A stretch of DNA of 64,000 bases, from assembly GCA_963663385.2 (NCBI GenBank), contig CAXXXD010000002.1, positions 1,600,001-1,664,000 of the forward strand, read 5' to 3'. Positions 9,209 to 18,869 of the stretch are shown here, piece after piece. The DNA is from Oceanispirochaeta sp. (GTDB lineage: Bacteria; Spirochaetota; Spirochaetia; DSM-2461). Position numbers and translations under genes: made by a program. Each line of letters opens with the position of its first letter. The stretch's first letter is position 1. The notes below the pieces were generated by a model. It saw nothing but the letters and a program-made list of their open reading frames with translations. It had not been told where the DNA came from and did no database searches.

Positions 9209-10986
9209 CTCCCGGGCTGGCGGACCGTTACTTCGGTCCCTTCTCCCTTACAGCTTTCTATCCGGATCCCGTATTCAGAGCCGTAAGCCAGCCGCAGACG
9301 ATCATCCACATTCTTAAGCCCGAACCCCCGTCTGCCTTCCTGCCGGACAGGCTGTTCATCCTCCAGGAGCCGCCGGATCGCTTCGGGATCGCAACCGGGC
9401 CCGTCGTCGCTGATCCGATAGCAGAGAGTCCCGTCCTCTTCCTCAATTACAGCCACATTTATCCGGGAGGCTTTCGGTTTTTTCTCGATGCCATGGATAA
9501 TGGCGTTCTCCACCAGGGGCTGCAGGATCAGTTTCAATACGGGGCGTTTTTCCAATCCCGGAGTCACGGTCAGGGTAAAGGCAAAGCGGTTTCCGAATCG
9601 CATCTGCTGGATTTCCATATAGTATTGAAGGTGTTCCAGCTCTTTCTCCAGAGGGATGATCTCATGACCGCTGCTCAATACGATACGGAACAGTTTCGCC
9701 AGGGCCCGTATCATCCGGGCGGACTCGACGGATCCTTCCATTTTGGTCATCCAGTAGATGGTATCCAGGGTATTGTAGAGAAAATGGGGATTGATCTGGG
9801 TTTCCAGGGCAATCAGCTCAGCTTCCTTCTCTTTGACCTGGGCGATATACACCTGGTTGTGCAGTTCCTGCAGCCTGTTTGTCATATTGTTAAAGGAGCG
9901 GATCAACGTGCCGATCTCGTCATTTCGATCCTGGGGTATACGGATCTCGAACTGTTCCTCTTCCACCTGTTTCATTGAGCGCTCGAGAATCAGGAGAGGA
10001 CGGAACAGGTTTCTGGAAATAAGGAAAGCCATAACGATACTGACCAGTATCATCACCAGAGCGGCGGTGGTAACCTGATTAACCACCAGCCCCCGGACAC
10101 GGAACAGTTCCCTCGGGATTGTATGAATCACCGTCATTCCCGTGGAGGTTATGACTGAGTAAAACAGGATATACCGGGTTCTATCCAGGGATAAATAGCG
10201 ATACCCCGAGGGGGATTCCGAGTTTTTAATTTCAGGAAGCATCCGGCCAGTCAGCTCACCCGGCATGGGTGATGATGCTATAAGCGGGCGGGAGTCCCGG
10301 CTGATCAGGTAATAGTTCTCTCCGGGACCGGTGCTGGAAAGAGGAAAATTCTTCAGAATCCCCTGCGCATTTATCTGAATGTAAACACGCCCCAGCATCC
10401 GGTCCAGATTATAGTAATCCTTGATAATCCGGCTCTGAACAAGAGTATCCGGAAAGGCCCCCGGTTCCGGGGTATAGGCGGTCCAGAGGGCGTCGCCGTC
10501 CAGTTTCAGAACGATCTGTTCCAGATCCTCCGGTAATACCCTCAAATCCCGGTTCATGGGATTTATTGAAAAAGTAAGACCATTCTCTCCCCTGATAAAG
10601 ATGGCGGAGACACCGGTCCTGACATTCATGAAAAACATCAGGGTCCGGTAGATCTTTAATGTCAGATAATCCGCCTCGTCTCCTGAACCATCTGGGGGCA
10701 GATGAAGAAAATCGTAGATGTCGGTATTCTGCAGAAGAAAGAGGAACAGTTCGTTTACTCCTCTGCTGACCTGTTCTATATTCCGGGCAATCTGCATGAT
10801 TTCGTTCAGACTGGCGTCAACAGACCGTTCCTCCAGAGCCTTGTCCGATTCATCCAGTACAAGCATGCTCACTATCAGGAGAGGAATTGTCGATATCAGA
10901 AGAAAAGAGAGGAGAAGTTTGTATCTGAAACTGAAAACCCGGCTCATCAGAAATAGATCATAAAACCGAAACTGCACTTTCAGCAA
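9205..10986 (-). CDS. Sensor histidine kinase (YesM/LytS-like); start uncertain
   Basis: HAMP domain, QINPHFLYNTL, LQPLVENAIIHG, GFGLKNV. Confidence 0.92.
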   Translation of the reverse strand: MLKVQFRFYDLFLMSRVFSFRYKLLLSFLLISTIPLLIVSMLVLDESDKALEERSVDASLNEIMQIARNIEQVSRGVNELFLFLLQNTDIYDFLHLPPDGSGDEADYLTLKIYRTLMFFMNVRTGVSAIFIRGENGLTFSINPMNRDLRVLPEDLEQIVLKLDGDALWTAYTPEPGAFPDTLVQSRIIKDYYNLDRMLGRVYIQINAQGILKNFPLSSTGPGENYYLISRDSRPLIASSPMPGELTGRMLPEIKNSESPSGYRYLSLDRTRYILFYSVITSTGMTVIHTIPRELFRVRGLVVNQVTTAALVMILVSIVMAFLISRNLFRPLLILERSMKQVEEEQFEIRIPQDRNDEIGTLIRSFNNMTNRLQELHNQVYIAQVKEKEAELIALETQINPHFLYNTLDTIYWMTKMEGSVESARMIRALAKLFRIVLSSGHEIIPLEKELEHLQYYMEIQQMRFGNRFAFTLTVTPGLEKRPVLKLILQPLVENAIIHGIEKKPKASRINVAVIEEEDGTLCYRISDDGPGCDPEAIRRLLEDEQPVRQEGRRGFGLKNVDDRLRLAYGSEYGIRIESCKGEGTEVTVRQPGR

Positions 10987-10998
10987 GGAATTTCTTCT

Positions 10999-12126
10999 TT
11001 ATTCCAAACCCATAAGCTGCCGGGCCCTCTTGTGATAGTGCCTGTAATTATTAAGAGACGTACCGTTGGGAATGCGGTGATCCAGTCCCAGCATGCAGCC
11101 ACCGCTCTTCATCATGAAAGGGATCTTCCGGTTCAGTTCCTCCTCCAGTACAGCTCCTCCGTCCCGGACGGCAAATTTATCCAGACCTCCCACAAAGGCA
11201 AGCCGGGAACCCCATGCCTTTCTGAGAGAGACTATGTCCATTCCGGCTGCCGGTTCCAGCGGGTGCATACAGTTGACGCCGCAATCCACAAAAGATCCGA
11301 TAACCGCTTCCATATTCCCATCGCTGTCCTGATCGAAAATCCGGCATCCCCGTGCATGGATCCTGTCCCAGATTCCTTTGTAATAGGGTTTAAGGAATTC
11401 CCCGACCTGAACGGGGCCTATAAGAGGACCAGATTTTCCCGCCATATCCTCATGGATGAAAAGCCGGTCCACCGGTACGGAAGAGGTAACCCTGTCTATG
11501 ACTTTCCAGGCTGTGTCGGACAGGGTCTGAAGGATATCGGCAATAAGTTCGGGCTGTTCGTACCAGGCATAACTCAGTTCTTCTTCTCCCATTAACTGGC
11601 GGGGTTCATCAAATCCGCCCGGAATTTCCAGGGTTATAACGTCTCCCCGTTTCAGCGCCTGAAGGGTCTGTTCCTCCCATCCTGCAGAAAATCGCTTTTC
11701 CGAGAACTCGTAGAGGGGTTTCAGCTTCATCCAGTCGTCTCCCGTTTTTACCGGAAAATCCAGAGGAAGGGCCAGTGAAGCCGATTCATAGATCCTCTTC
11801 ATATTCCGGCCGAGGACATCCCGGTAGATTATATACTCATCGGTCTTTTCTATTACAGTTCTTTTATTGTTTTCTAATGGTCCGGTGTATACGGGGATAG
11901 TAAAATAACCGGCGCAACGGTAGGAGAAAGCGGAAAAATCCAGTTCCTCCGGAGTTGCGCCCTGTTCCTCCCACTCCTCTTTCAAACCGATGATCGGACC
12001 GAATATCTCGGTAAAAAGAGGCCCGTGATTCTTTTCAAAGGTCATGTGCTCAATAAACGTGTTACGGTCAATGACCGGATTCCTCTGGATCGACAGATCG
12101 CTGTGATTTCTATATTTGAGTTTCAT
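10999..12126 (-). CDS. Uroporphyrinogen decarboxylase (URO-D/MtaA-like) family protein
   Basis: EDMAGKSGPLI, DSDGN, PLEPAAGMDI, GGLDK, DHRIP; start set at ATG 12126 to avoid overlapping the divergent AraC gene. Confidence 0.75.
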   Translation of the reverse strand: MKLKYRNHSDLSIQRNPVIDRNTFIEHMTFEKNHGPLFTEIFGPIIGLKEEWEEQGATPEELDFSAFSYRCAGYFTIPVYTGPLENNKRTVIEKTDEYIIYRDVLGRNMKRIYESASLALPLDFPVKTGDDWMKLKPLYEFSEKRFSAGWEEQTLQALKRGDVITLEIPGGFDEPRQLMGEEELSYAWYEQPELIADILQTLSDTAWKVIDRVTSSVPVDRLFIHEDMAGKSGPLIGPVQVGEFLKPYYKGIWDRIHARGCRIFDQDSDGNMEAVIGSFVDCGVNCMHPLEPAAGMDIVSLRKAWGSRLAFVGGLDKFAVRDGGAVLEEELNRKIPFMMKSGGCMLGLDHRIPNGTSLNNYRHYHKRARQLMGLE

Positions 12127-12197
12127 GGCTGAAATTATTACGTGGGAAAGACAGTAAAACAATGGCTTAATTCGACCAATTATTGCATAATATCGAT

Positions 12198-12959
12198 ATG
12201 AGGGTAAAAATCCATTCCGCTTATTACACTCGCTGTTCACCCGACTGGGCGTGGACTGTGCCATCCATGCCCGATTACGACCTATGGTTTGTTTCTTCGG
12301 GAAAAGGAGAGTTGACCCTTGATGGAAAAACACACAGAATCAGCATGGGATGTGCCCTGATTCTGCCTCCGGGATGCCGGATCAGGGCACATCAGGATCT
12401 TTCGGACAGGCTTTCTGTCTATGCGGTTCACTTCCTGCCGGATTCAGATGAAAGTCTTACGGGAATTACCGGAAAACCCATTCAGATGGAGCAGTCCGTA
12501 TTCCTTTTAGAGCTTTTTCAACGTCTGTTCCGCGAACGGGGCCGGGTTGGCGGTCAGCCGGAAATATGGCTTGAATCCATTCTGAATGAGATCCGTTACC
12601 AATCCGCCCAGGAGGCTGGAAGCAGTACTATCTATAACAGAAAGGCCATACAGGCCCTCTGCCGCCGAATCAGGGAAAACCCGGCCGGCCAACGATGCAT
12701 TTCGGAAATGGCTGAAGAGCTTCTGGTCTGTCCAGACCATTTCATCAGGATCTTCAGGGAGGAAACCGGCATGACCCCCAGGCAGTACATCATAGAAAAC
12801 CGATTGAATATGGCTCAGCACCTCCTTCTGGAATCCAATCAGACCTGTGAACGGATTTCCGAACTATGCGGTTTTGAATCCCCTCAATGGTTCAGCAGGC
12901 TTTTTCGTCAGAAGAGGGGGATGTCTCCCGGAAACTACCGCCTTGGACATACCTGCTGA
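12198..12959 (+). CDS. AraC-family regulator with cupin sensor domain
   Basis: C-terminal AraC HTH (CGFESPQWFSRLF...GMSPGNYR). Confidence 0.9.
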   Translation: MRVKIHSAYYTRCSPDWAWTVPSMPDYDLWFVSSGKGELTLDGKTHRISMGCALILPPGCRIRAHQDLSDRLSVYAVHFLPDSDESLTGITGKPIQMEQSVFLLELFQRLFRERGRVGGQPEIWLESILNEIRYQSAQEAGSSTIYNRKAIQALCRRIRENPAGQRCISEMAEELLVCPDHFIRIFREETGMTPRQYIIENRLNMAQHLLLESNQTCERISELCGFESPQWFSRLFRQKRGMSPGNYRLGHTC

Positions 12960-13137
12960 CAGTTCATAAGTCAGGGGCAGCCTTCCTGTTCCGATAAAGC
13001 ATATATTTACCGGAAAGGGCGATCAATCATAAGCTCCCGCGGGGGAGGTGAGAAATTTCCCATCAAATCGTAGATTTTTCAAATACCCCCGTATTACACT
13101 GCAGGAGTAACATCAGGCAAAGATTAAGGAGGTTCGT

Positions 13138-14397
13138 ATGAAATTTCGAACAATTATCACTTCAATGATTTTATGTCTGATCATTCTGCCCGTTTCTGCA
13201 TCGGGAAATCAGGAGACCGGTTCAGTAAAAAAAACGGTCCACCTCGAAGTGGCGGTCAATTACACTAACGAGTGGTCGGCTGCCATGGAGGCCCTGCTCC
13301 GAGAGTATGAAGGACAGAATCCCCATGTCACTATCGACTATCAGGCTCCCGGCGGCCGGTACGAGGATATGATGAAAGTCAAGATGGCGGCTCAGGAGAT
13401 GCCCGACCTTTTCTCCACACACGGCTGGTCAAAGGCCCGCTACGGAGACTTCCTCTACGATCTGTCCGGCCAATCCTGGGCTCCCAATGTCAGCGACGCC
13501 ATGAAAGAGATTGTCTATGACGAAGCGGGCAAGCTCTATGTTCTTCCCTTCGACAGCGACAAGTCCGGTCCCATCTATAATGTGGATATTTTCAACGAAT
13601 ACGGCCTGGAAGTTCCCCGGACCCTGGACGAGCTTCTGGAAGTGAGCCGTATCATCGTCGAGAAGAGCAACGGAACCATTTCACCCATCGGCTGCGCAGC
13701 CGACGGCTGGCCCGAAGCCCAGTTCTTCGATTTTATCGCTACGGCGTTCTTTATCAGCGACAGCGGCAACTACGAAGGGGGCTCTCTCCTGGACGGTTCC
13801 TTCGACTGGAAAAAATGGGAACCCGTTGCAGCGGTCTGGCAGGAGATGAACGAGAAGGGTTATATCAACAAAGATATGCTCACATCCACTTTCTCCAACA
13901 ATATCACAGCCTTCGCCGAAGGCAAATCGGCCATCGGATTCTACGGTCCCTATTATATTGAAGAGGCCAGAAAACTCAATCCTGCGATCAATGCCGACAT
14001 GATGCCCATTCCCGCCGTTTATGAGGGAGATACGCCTACTTTTGCCGGCGGAGAGAAATCGACTATCGGTGTATGGAAGGACAGCGGAAATCTGGAAGAA
14101 GCCCTGAAACTGGTTGAATTCCTGGCCCGTCCCGAAAATGCGGCAAAGATTGCCGGTGCAACCCAGCTGCCTCCCGGACTGTCCAATGTGGAGCTCAATG
14201 CCGGAGATCTGACAGACACCTTCAAGCGTTATGAGGACGTACGGGTATTCCCCTATTTCGACCGTACCTACCTGCCCAGCGGCATGTGGGATACCATGGT
14301 AAAGACAAGCCAGATGCTTATAGCCGGTGCCTCCACTCCCGCTGATGCGGCAGAGGAGATGGAGGTGGAGTACAATCGCCTCAGGATGGCACAGTAA
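13138..14397 (+). CDS. Sugar ABC transporter solute-binding protein (MsmE-like)
   Basis: Signal peptide followed by ASGNQE; MPDLFSTHGW; AAGGAGG RBS. Confidence 0.9.
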   Translation: MKFRTIITSMILCLIILPVSASGNQETGSVKKTVHLEVAVNYTNEWSAAMEALLREYEGQNPHVTIDYQAPGGRYEDMMKVKMAAQEMPDLFSTHGWSKARYGDFLYDLSGQSWAPNVSDAMKEIVYDEAGKLYVLPFDSDKSGPIYNVDIFNEYGLEVPRTLDELLEVSRIIVEKSNGTISPIGCAADGWPEAQFFDFIATAFFISDSGNYEGGSLLDGSFDWKKWEPVAAVWQEMNEKGYINKDMLTSTFSNNITAFAEGKSAIGFYGPYYIEEARKLNPAINADMMPIPAVYEGDTPTFAGGEKSTIGVWKDSGNLEEALKLVEFLARPENAAKIAGATQLPPGLSNVELNAGDLTDTFKRYEDVRVFPYFDRTYLPSGMWDTMVKTSQMLIAGASTPADAAEEMEVEYNRLRMAQ

Positions 14398-14430
14398 CAG
14401 GTCTATGCAATGCGGATGATCTGGACGTTC

Positions 14431-14515
14431 TGATTCCGGCTCTGTGTTGATTCCCGGTACGGGCGCTCACAAGGTTCTGTGCTGCCTGTACGGGAATTGT
14501 CCTGGTCCGGAATCA
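14431..14515. repeat. 85-nt multi-stem imperfect palindrome after the binding-protein gene
   Basis: Nested pairings TGATTCCGG/CCGGAATCA, ATTCCC/GGGAAT, GTACGGGC/GCCTGTAC, CACA/TGTG. Confidence 0.6.
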
Positions 14516-14573
14516 CATCTAATCTTTCCGATTCTCCCGTTGTTCCACATTCGATTATTTCAGGTTTAACAAA

Positions 14574-15437
14574 ATGAAATCCAGACAAATGCAAATGATG
14601 GTGTTGCCGGCGCTGCTGGTGATGCTGCTCTTTATCTATTTTCCCTTTTTTCAGGGTATTATTATCTCTTTCCGCGAATGGAACGGCTACAGTCCGCACT
14701 TTAAATGGGTGGGACCGGCCAAGTACATCCGTCTGTTTTCGGACAGACATTTTCTCCGTGTTATGACCAATACGCTTATCTACGGGCTGGGGAGCACTTT
14801 TCTTCAGAATATTATGGGCCTGGCCCTGGCCCTTTATTTTAACAGGGAAACTCCGGGAAACCGCGTCATGCGGACCATCATCTACCTGCCCGCCATTATC
14901 AGCCCCCTTATTATGGGGTATGTCTGGCGTTTTCTTTTCCGTTTCGACGGCGGCGCGCTGAATGATCTGACCGGTCTGTTCGGATTTGCCGCCGTAGACT
15001 GGCTGGCCGACGGCGACCGGGCGGTCTGGATTATCACCCTGGTCAATTCCTTTCAGTATGTGGGTGTGTCCATGGTCCTCTATCTGGCGGGACTGAAAAC
15101 TATCGGGAGGGAGTTTTATGAGGCGGCCGAGATCGACGGGGCGGGGAGGGGCCGGAGATTTCTCTCCATAACCCTGCCGTTTCTCATTAATTCCATCACG
15201 GTGAGCCTGGTCATCAATATTATCGGCGGTCTTAAACTGTTTGATATTATCTACTCCCTCACGGGGGGAGGGCCGGGTTATCAGTCGGCCAGTATCTCCA
15301 CCATGACCAGAGAGGTTTTTTTCGTGCGCCAGGATGCGGGATACGCCGCGGCCATGGGGAATGTCATGTTTCTCATGATCCTGGTTATCACTCTGGCGGT
15401 TCTCCAGTATCTGAGAAAGAAGGAGGTTGAATTGTGA
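14574..15437 (+). CDS. Carbohydrate ABC transporter permease (MalF-like)
   Basis: FYEAAEIDGA loop; TM segments. Confidence 0.9.
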   Translation: MKSRQMQMMVLPALLVMLLFIYFPFFQGIIISFREWNGYSPHFKWVGPAKYIRLFSDRHFLRVMTNTLIYGLGSTFLQNIMGLALALYFNRETPGNRVMRTIIYLPAIISPLIMGYVWRFLFRFDGGALNDLTGLFGFAAVDWLADGDRAVWIITLVNSFQYVGVSMVLYLAGLKTIGREFYEAAEIDGAGRGRRFLSITLPFLINSITVSLVINIIGGLKLFDIIYSLTGGGPGYQSASISTMTREVFFVRQDAGYAAAMGNVMFLMILVITLAVLQYLRKKEVEL

Positions 15438-16252
15438 AACATACCATGCAGATTCTGCGCTGGGGGCTGAGCATCCTGCTGGCCGCTCTGTTCCTTATCC
15501 CTTTCTACATTCTAATTAATGTGTCCTTCCGTTCCCCGTCGGTTCGTGCCAGCTACTGGATGCCTTCGGCTTTTACCTATCTTGAGAATTTCATCAACGC
15601 CTGGACGGAAGCGGGACTGGGACGGGCTTTTATCAACAGCGGTCTGATTACTCTGGGCGTATTGGCGGGAATCGTAGTCATGGGGTCGGGGGCAGCCTAT
15701 CCTCTGTCCCGTCTGCGGACCCGTTTGAACCGGGCGCTCTACTACATTATCGTGGCCTGCCTCATTGTCCCTCCCCTGACCATACTGGTTCCCCTGTATA
15801 TCATGATCGTCCGGATGTTCGGATCGAGTACCTATGCCTCCATCGTGTTTCCCCTGATTGCCTATCAGCTGCCTCTGGCCGTATTTCTCTATACCACCTT
15901 TATAGGAACGGTACCCCGGGAGCTCGATGAAGCGGCCATGATCGACGGCTGTACGCCCCTCCTGACGTTCTGGCGTATTATTTTTCCCCTGATGACACCC
16001 GTTACAGCATCGGTTCTTATTCTGGTGGGGGTTAATGCCTGGAATGATTTCGCCTTCAGCGTCTTTTTTCTCCAGAGGAGCACTTCCCGCAACTTTACCG
16101 TAGCCCTGGGGCAGTTTTTCTCCCAGTTCTCCAATCAGATTCACTGGGTGGCCGCAGGGTGTCTTATGGGACTGCTTCCCATAACCGTACTCTACCTGGT
16201 GCTCCAGCGCTATTTTATCAGCGGACTGGCCAGCGGCGCTGTGAAGGGGTAG
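15434..16252 (+). CDS. Carbohydrate ABC transporter permease (MalG-like)
   Basis: LDEAAMIDGC loop; ends GAVKG. Confidence 0.9.
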   Translation: MKHTMQILRWGLSILLAALFLIPFYILINVSFRSPSVRASYWMPSAFTYLENFINAWTEAGLGRAFINSGLITLGVLAGIVVMGSGAAYPLSRLRTRLNRALYYIIVACLIVPPLTILVPLYIMIVRMFGSSTYASIVFPLIAYQLPLAVFLYTTFIGTVPRELDEAAMIDGCTPLLTFWRIIFPLMTPVTASVLILVGVNAWNDFAFSVFFLQRSTSRNFTVALGQFFSQFSNQIHWVAAGCLMGLLPITVLYLVLQRYFISGLASGAVKG

Positions 16253-16255
16253 GCT

Positions 16256-16687
16256 GTGACATTCAAAGAGATCCGAACCATCAGCGGCGATGCATTTGCT
16301 CCCTACGGCGATGTTATCGCTTTCCGTTCGCCCTGCGAAAGCGACCCCTTTTTCGAGGTGGTATGCGGCAGTTCCGCCAGGGGCTGGCGGATTGCCATGT
16401 ACCGGGTGGAGAGACAGGCTGTCGATATTATGGAATGTCACCCCGATTCGCGGGAGAGTTTTGAGCCCTGTTCGGGGACGGGCCTCCTTCTTGTCGGGAT
16501 TCCCGATCAACCGGAGGATTATGAAGTCTTCCTTCTCGACAGGCCGGTCTGTCTGAACAAGGGCGTCTGGCATCAGCTCATCGCTCTCGGCGGCCCCTGT
16601 ACGGTCAAAATTACCGAAAACGATGAAGTTTCATCTCAATTCCATCAGCTGTCCCGGCCGGTCCGGGGCGTGCTCTACACAGGATAA
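16256..16687 (+). CDS. Ureidoglycolate lyase (AllA)-like cupin protein
   Basis: AFAPYGDVI, MECHP.S.E.F.P and GVWH motifs. Confidence 0.7.
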   Translation: MTFKEIRTISGDAFAPYGDVIAFRSPCESDPFFEVVCGSSARGWRIAMYRVERQAVDIMECHPDSRESFEPCSGTGLLLVGIPDQPEDYEVFLLDRPVCLNKGVWHQLIALGGPCTVKITENDEVSSQFHQLSRPVRGVLYTG

Positions 16688-16691
16688 GCAA

Positions 16692-18869
16692 ATGAAAATG
16701 CACAACGAAAACAGTCATCCCGTTCTGACTGAACCGCCTCTGGCTCATGCCCTCCATCACTGGAATGAGGAGGAGCGGGTCCTATCGTATGAATACAATG
16801 GGGTCGATGTCTTCACCCTTCAGTTTTCCGGTTCCGATGATCCGGGATTCCGGCACGGATCGGACGGCAATATCAACAGCGGCCCCTTTGTCCAGCAGCT
16901 CTACGCCATGTTCGATTCCTGTACCGAACCGCTTAAAGCCCGGTTCCGGATCCGGCTCAAAAGTTCCGCCTTACCCATGAAACCTCATCGCTCCGAGGGC
17001 GGAACGGCCATCCGGGGGGGGGACTCCCGGGCCCTTCTCTACGGGATAAACGGGTTCTATGACCGGGACTGGGATTTTCTTATTTCCTGGCATGGTGTCC
17101 CCTGGGGGTGGTCGGGAGAAAGGGCTGAAGTCCGTGATGGTTTTCTTACGGCGGAAGGCTGGATGGAGATAGGGAGAAAGCCCCTCTTTGTCAATCTCCA
17201 CATGCATTACTACCGGTCCCATCTGGGTTTCCGCTACCACAAACCCTGGGAGTGGAAACCCGACGGAAAGGCCCTGGCCGGTTGGTGTTCCTGGGAGGCC
17301 TACCGCCGCGATGTTTCCCAGGATCATCTGGAACAGCTGATCCCATTTTTGAAGGAACAGTTCGGCGAATACGGCCTGGAATATATGCAGATCGATGACG
17401 GCTTTCAGAAAATGCCCATTCCCCCCGAGGCTGGCAGAGTCATCGCCGACAGCTGGCTCGCCACAAACGAACAGTTTCCCCTGGGACACCGGCGGATTAT
17501 CGAAAGCATTGGCGAAAACGGCTTCACTCCCGCCATCTGGACCAATGTGAATGTTACCAACCGGGATTTCGGAGAAGAGGGAAAAGACGCGCTTATTTGG
17601 GATGGAGAGGGAGTACCCCTGGAAGGGGAATGGATCGACTTTCTGATGAACTGCGAGGAAGGGATGCTGGAGAAACATGTCGATCCCTATTATCGGGGAC
17701 TTTATAAACTCGGATACCGCTATTTCAAAACCGACGCCATACGTCACCTTCTGATGGACGGCCTGCATGAGGCGGTGCGCCTCGGACTCCTCTCCAATGA
17801 GGAGGCGGGAATCAAATTCCGCCGTTTTATCGAACACGCCCGCAGAGAGATAGGGGATTCGGTCTTTCTCTCCTCCTGGGGGGTGATGGAAGAGGTGGTC
17901 GGCGCGGCCGATGCCTGCCGTGTAGCCATGGACGCCAATCCCACCTGGGCGGGAATGCGCATGCAGATTGTGGAAACGGCACGGTGGTTTCATACCCAGC
18001 GTATCCTCTTTACAGTTGATCCGGACCACCTCTGCGCCCGTGGACAGGAGGAGTGGGTCCGGTCCGTCAGTTCTCTCATTTCCCTGAGCGGCGGGGTCTA
18101 CATGCTGAGCGATCCCCTGGAGGCGTATGACGGCGAAAGGGTGGATATCATCAGAAAGACCCTTCCCCCCTGCCGGACCGTTACCGCCGAGACGGGCCCC
18201 CTGAAGATGGATTTCCCTGCTTTTACATGGACAAAACTCCACGGATTTGCCGTTCCCCGGGAGGAACCGGTTAAACCGGAGGCTATCAGCGATGATGAGG
18301 CTCTCCATATGGCGGGCGACTATCCGGGGATGTATCTTTCCCATCCCTTCGGTTCCCTCTGGTCCTTCTCCTTTTCCCGTCCCGGTCTCGTATGGGATGT
18401 GATCCTGAGAACGGCCGTGATTCCCCTTGAGGAGTCGGCCCTCGACCACAGCTCCTGCGGGCTGGATCCCGGGGCAACCTATTATGTTTACGATTTCTGG
18501 AACCGCAGGTATTGCGGCGTATGGGAAAAGGGGAGCGATTCCTTTCCTGTTCCCCCTCTGGAACTGGGGCACTGTCAGGTTCTGGCTTTTCACCGGGCCG
18601 ACGGCAGGGTCCGCTACCTGGGAGACGACCGTCATGTGAGCTGCGGTATGCAGACCGTAGAGTCCGTCGATTGGGGCGAGGGGGGTATGAACCTCTCGTA
18701 CCGGGGGATTGCCGGAACGGTACTGGTTCTCACTTTTCACCGGGGCGGCCGGAAAATCATCGGGGTAAGCAGTTCCAACTCCCTCCGCTTTGATCTGAAT
18801 GGTGATATAATGACCGTAGAGATTGACATGGAGCGGAAAGAGGATATCCTGAAGATACAATGGGAATAA
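16692..18869 (+). CDS. Clan GH-D (GH36/GH27-like) glycoside hydrolase
   Basis: GWCSWEAY, YMQIDDGFQ, YFKTD nucleophile region, DPD, VYDFW; start set at ATG 16692. Confidence 0.75.
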   Translation: MKMHNENSHPVLTEPPLAHALHHWNEEERVLSYEYNGVDVFTLQFSGSDDPGFRHGSDGNINSGPFVQQLYAMFDSCTEPLKARFRIRLKSSALPMKPHRSEGGTAIRGGDSRALLYGINGFYDRDWDFLISWHGVPWGWSGERAEVRDGFLTAEGWMEIGRKPLFVNLHMHYYRSHLGFRYHKPWEWKPDGKALAGWCSWEAYRRDVSQDHLEQLIPFLKEQFGEYGLEYMQIDDGFQKMPIPPEAGRVIADSWLATNEQFPLGHRRIIESIGENGFTPAIWTNVNVTNRDFGEEGKDALIWDGEGVPLEGEWIDFLMNCEEGMLEKHVDPYYRGLYKLGYRYFKTDAIRHLLMDGLHEAVRLGLLSNEEAGIKFRRFIEHARREIGDSVFLSSWGVMEEVVGAADACRVAMDANPTWAGMRMQIVETARWFHTQRILFTVDPDHLCARGQEEWVRSVSSLISLSGGVYMLSDPLEAYDGERVDIIRKTLPPCRTVTAETGPLKMDFPAFTWTKLHGFAVPREEPVKPEAISDDEALHMAGDYPGMYLSHPFGSLWSFSFSRPGLVWDVILRTAVIPLEESALDHSSCGLDPGATYYVYDFWNRRYCGVWEKGSDSFPVPPLELGHCQVLAFHRADGRVRYLGDDRHVSCGMQTVESVDWGEGGMNLSYRGIAGTVLVLTFHRGGRKIIGVSSSNSLRFDLNGDIMTVEIDMERKEDILKIQWE

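Noticed and set aside
16971..18860. 629-aa minus-strand ORF and similar long antisense ORFs (15512-16573, 18737-19843, 20620-21525, 2273-3226, 36022-36918)
   Set aside because: Shadow frames of well-supported genes in GC-rich DNA, with no recognisable motifs.
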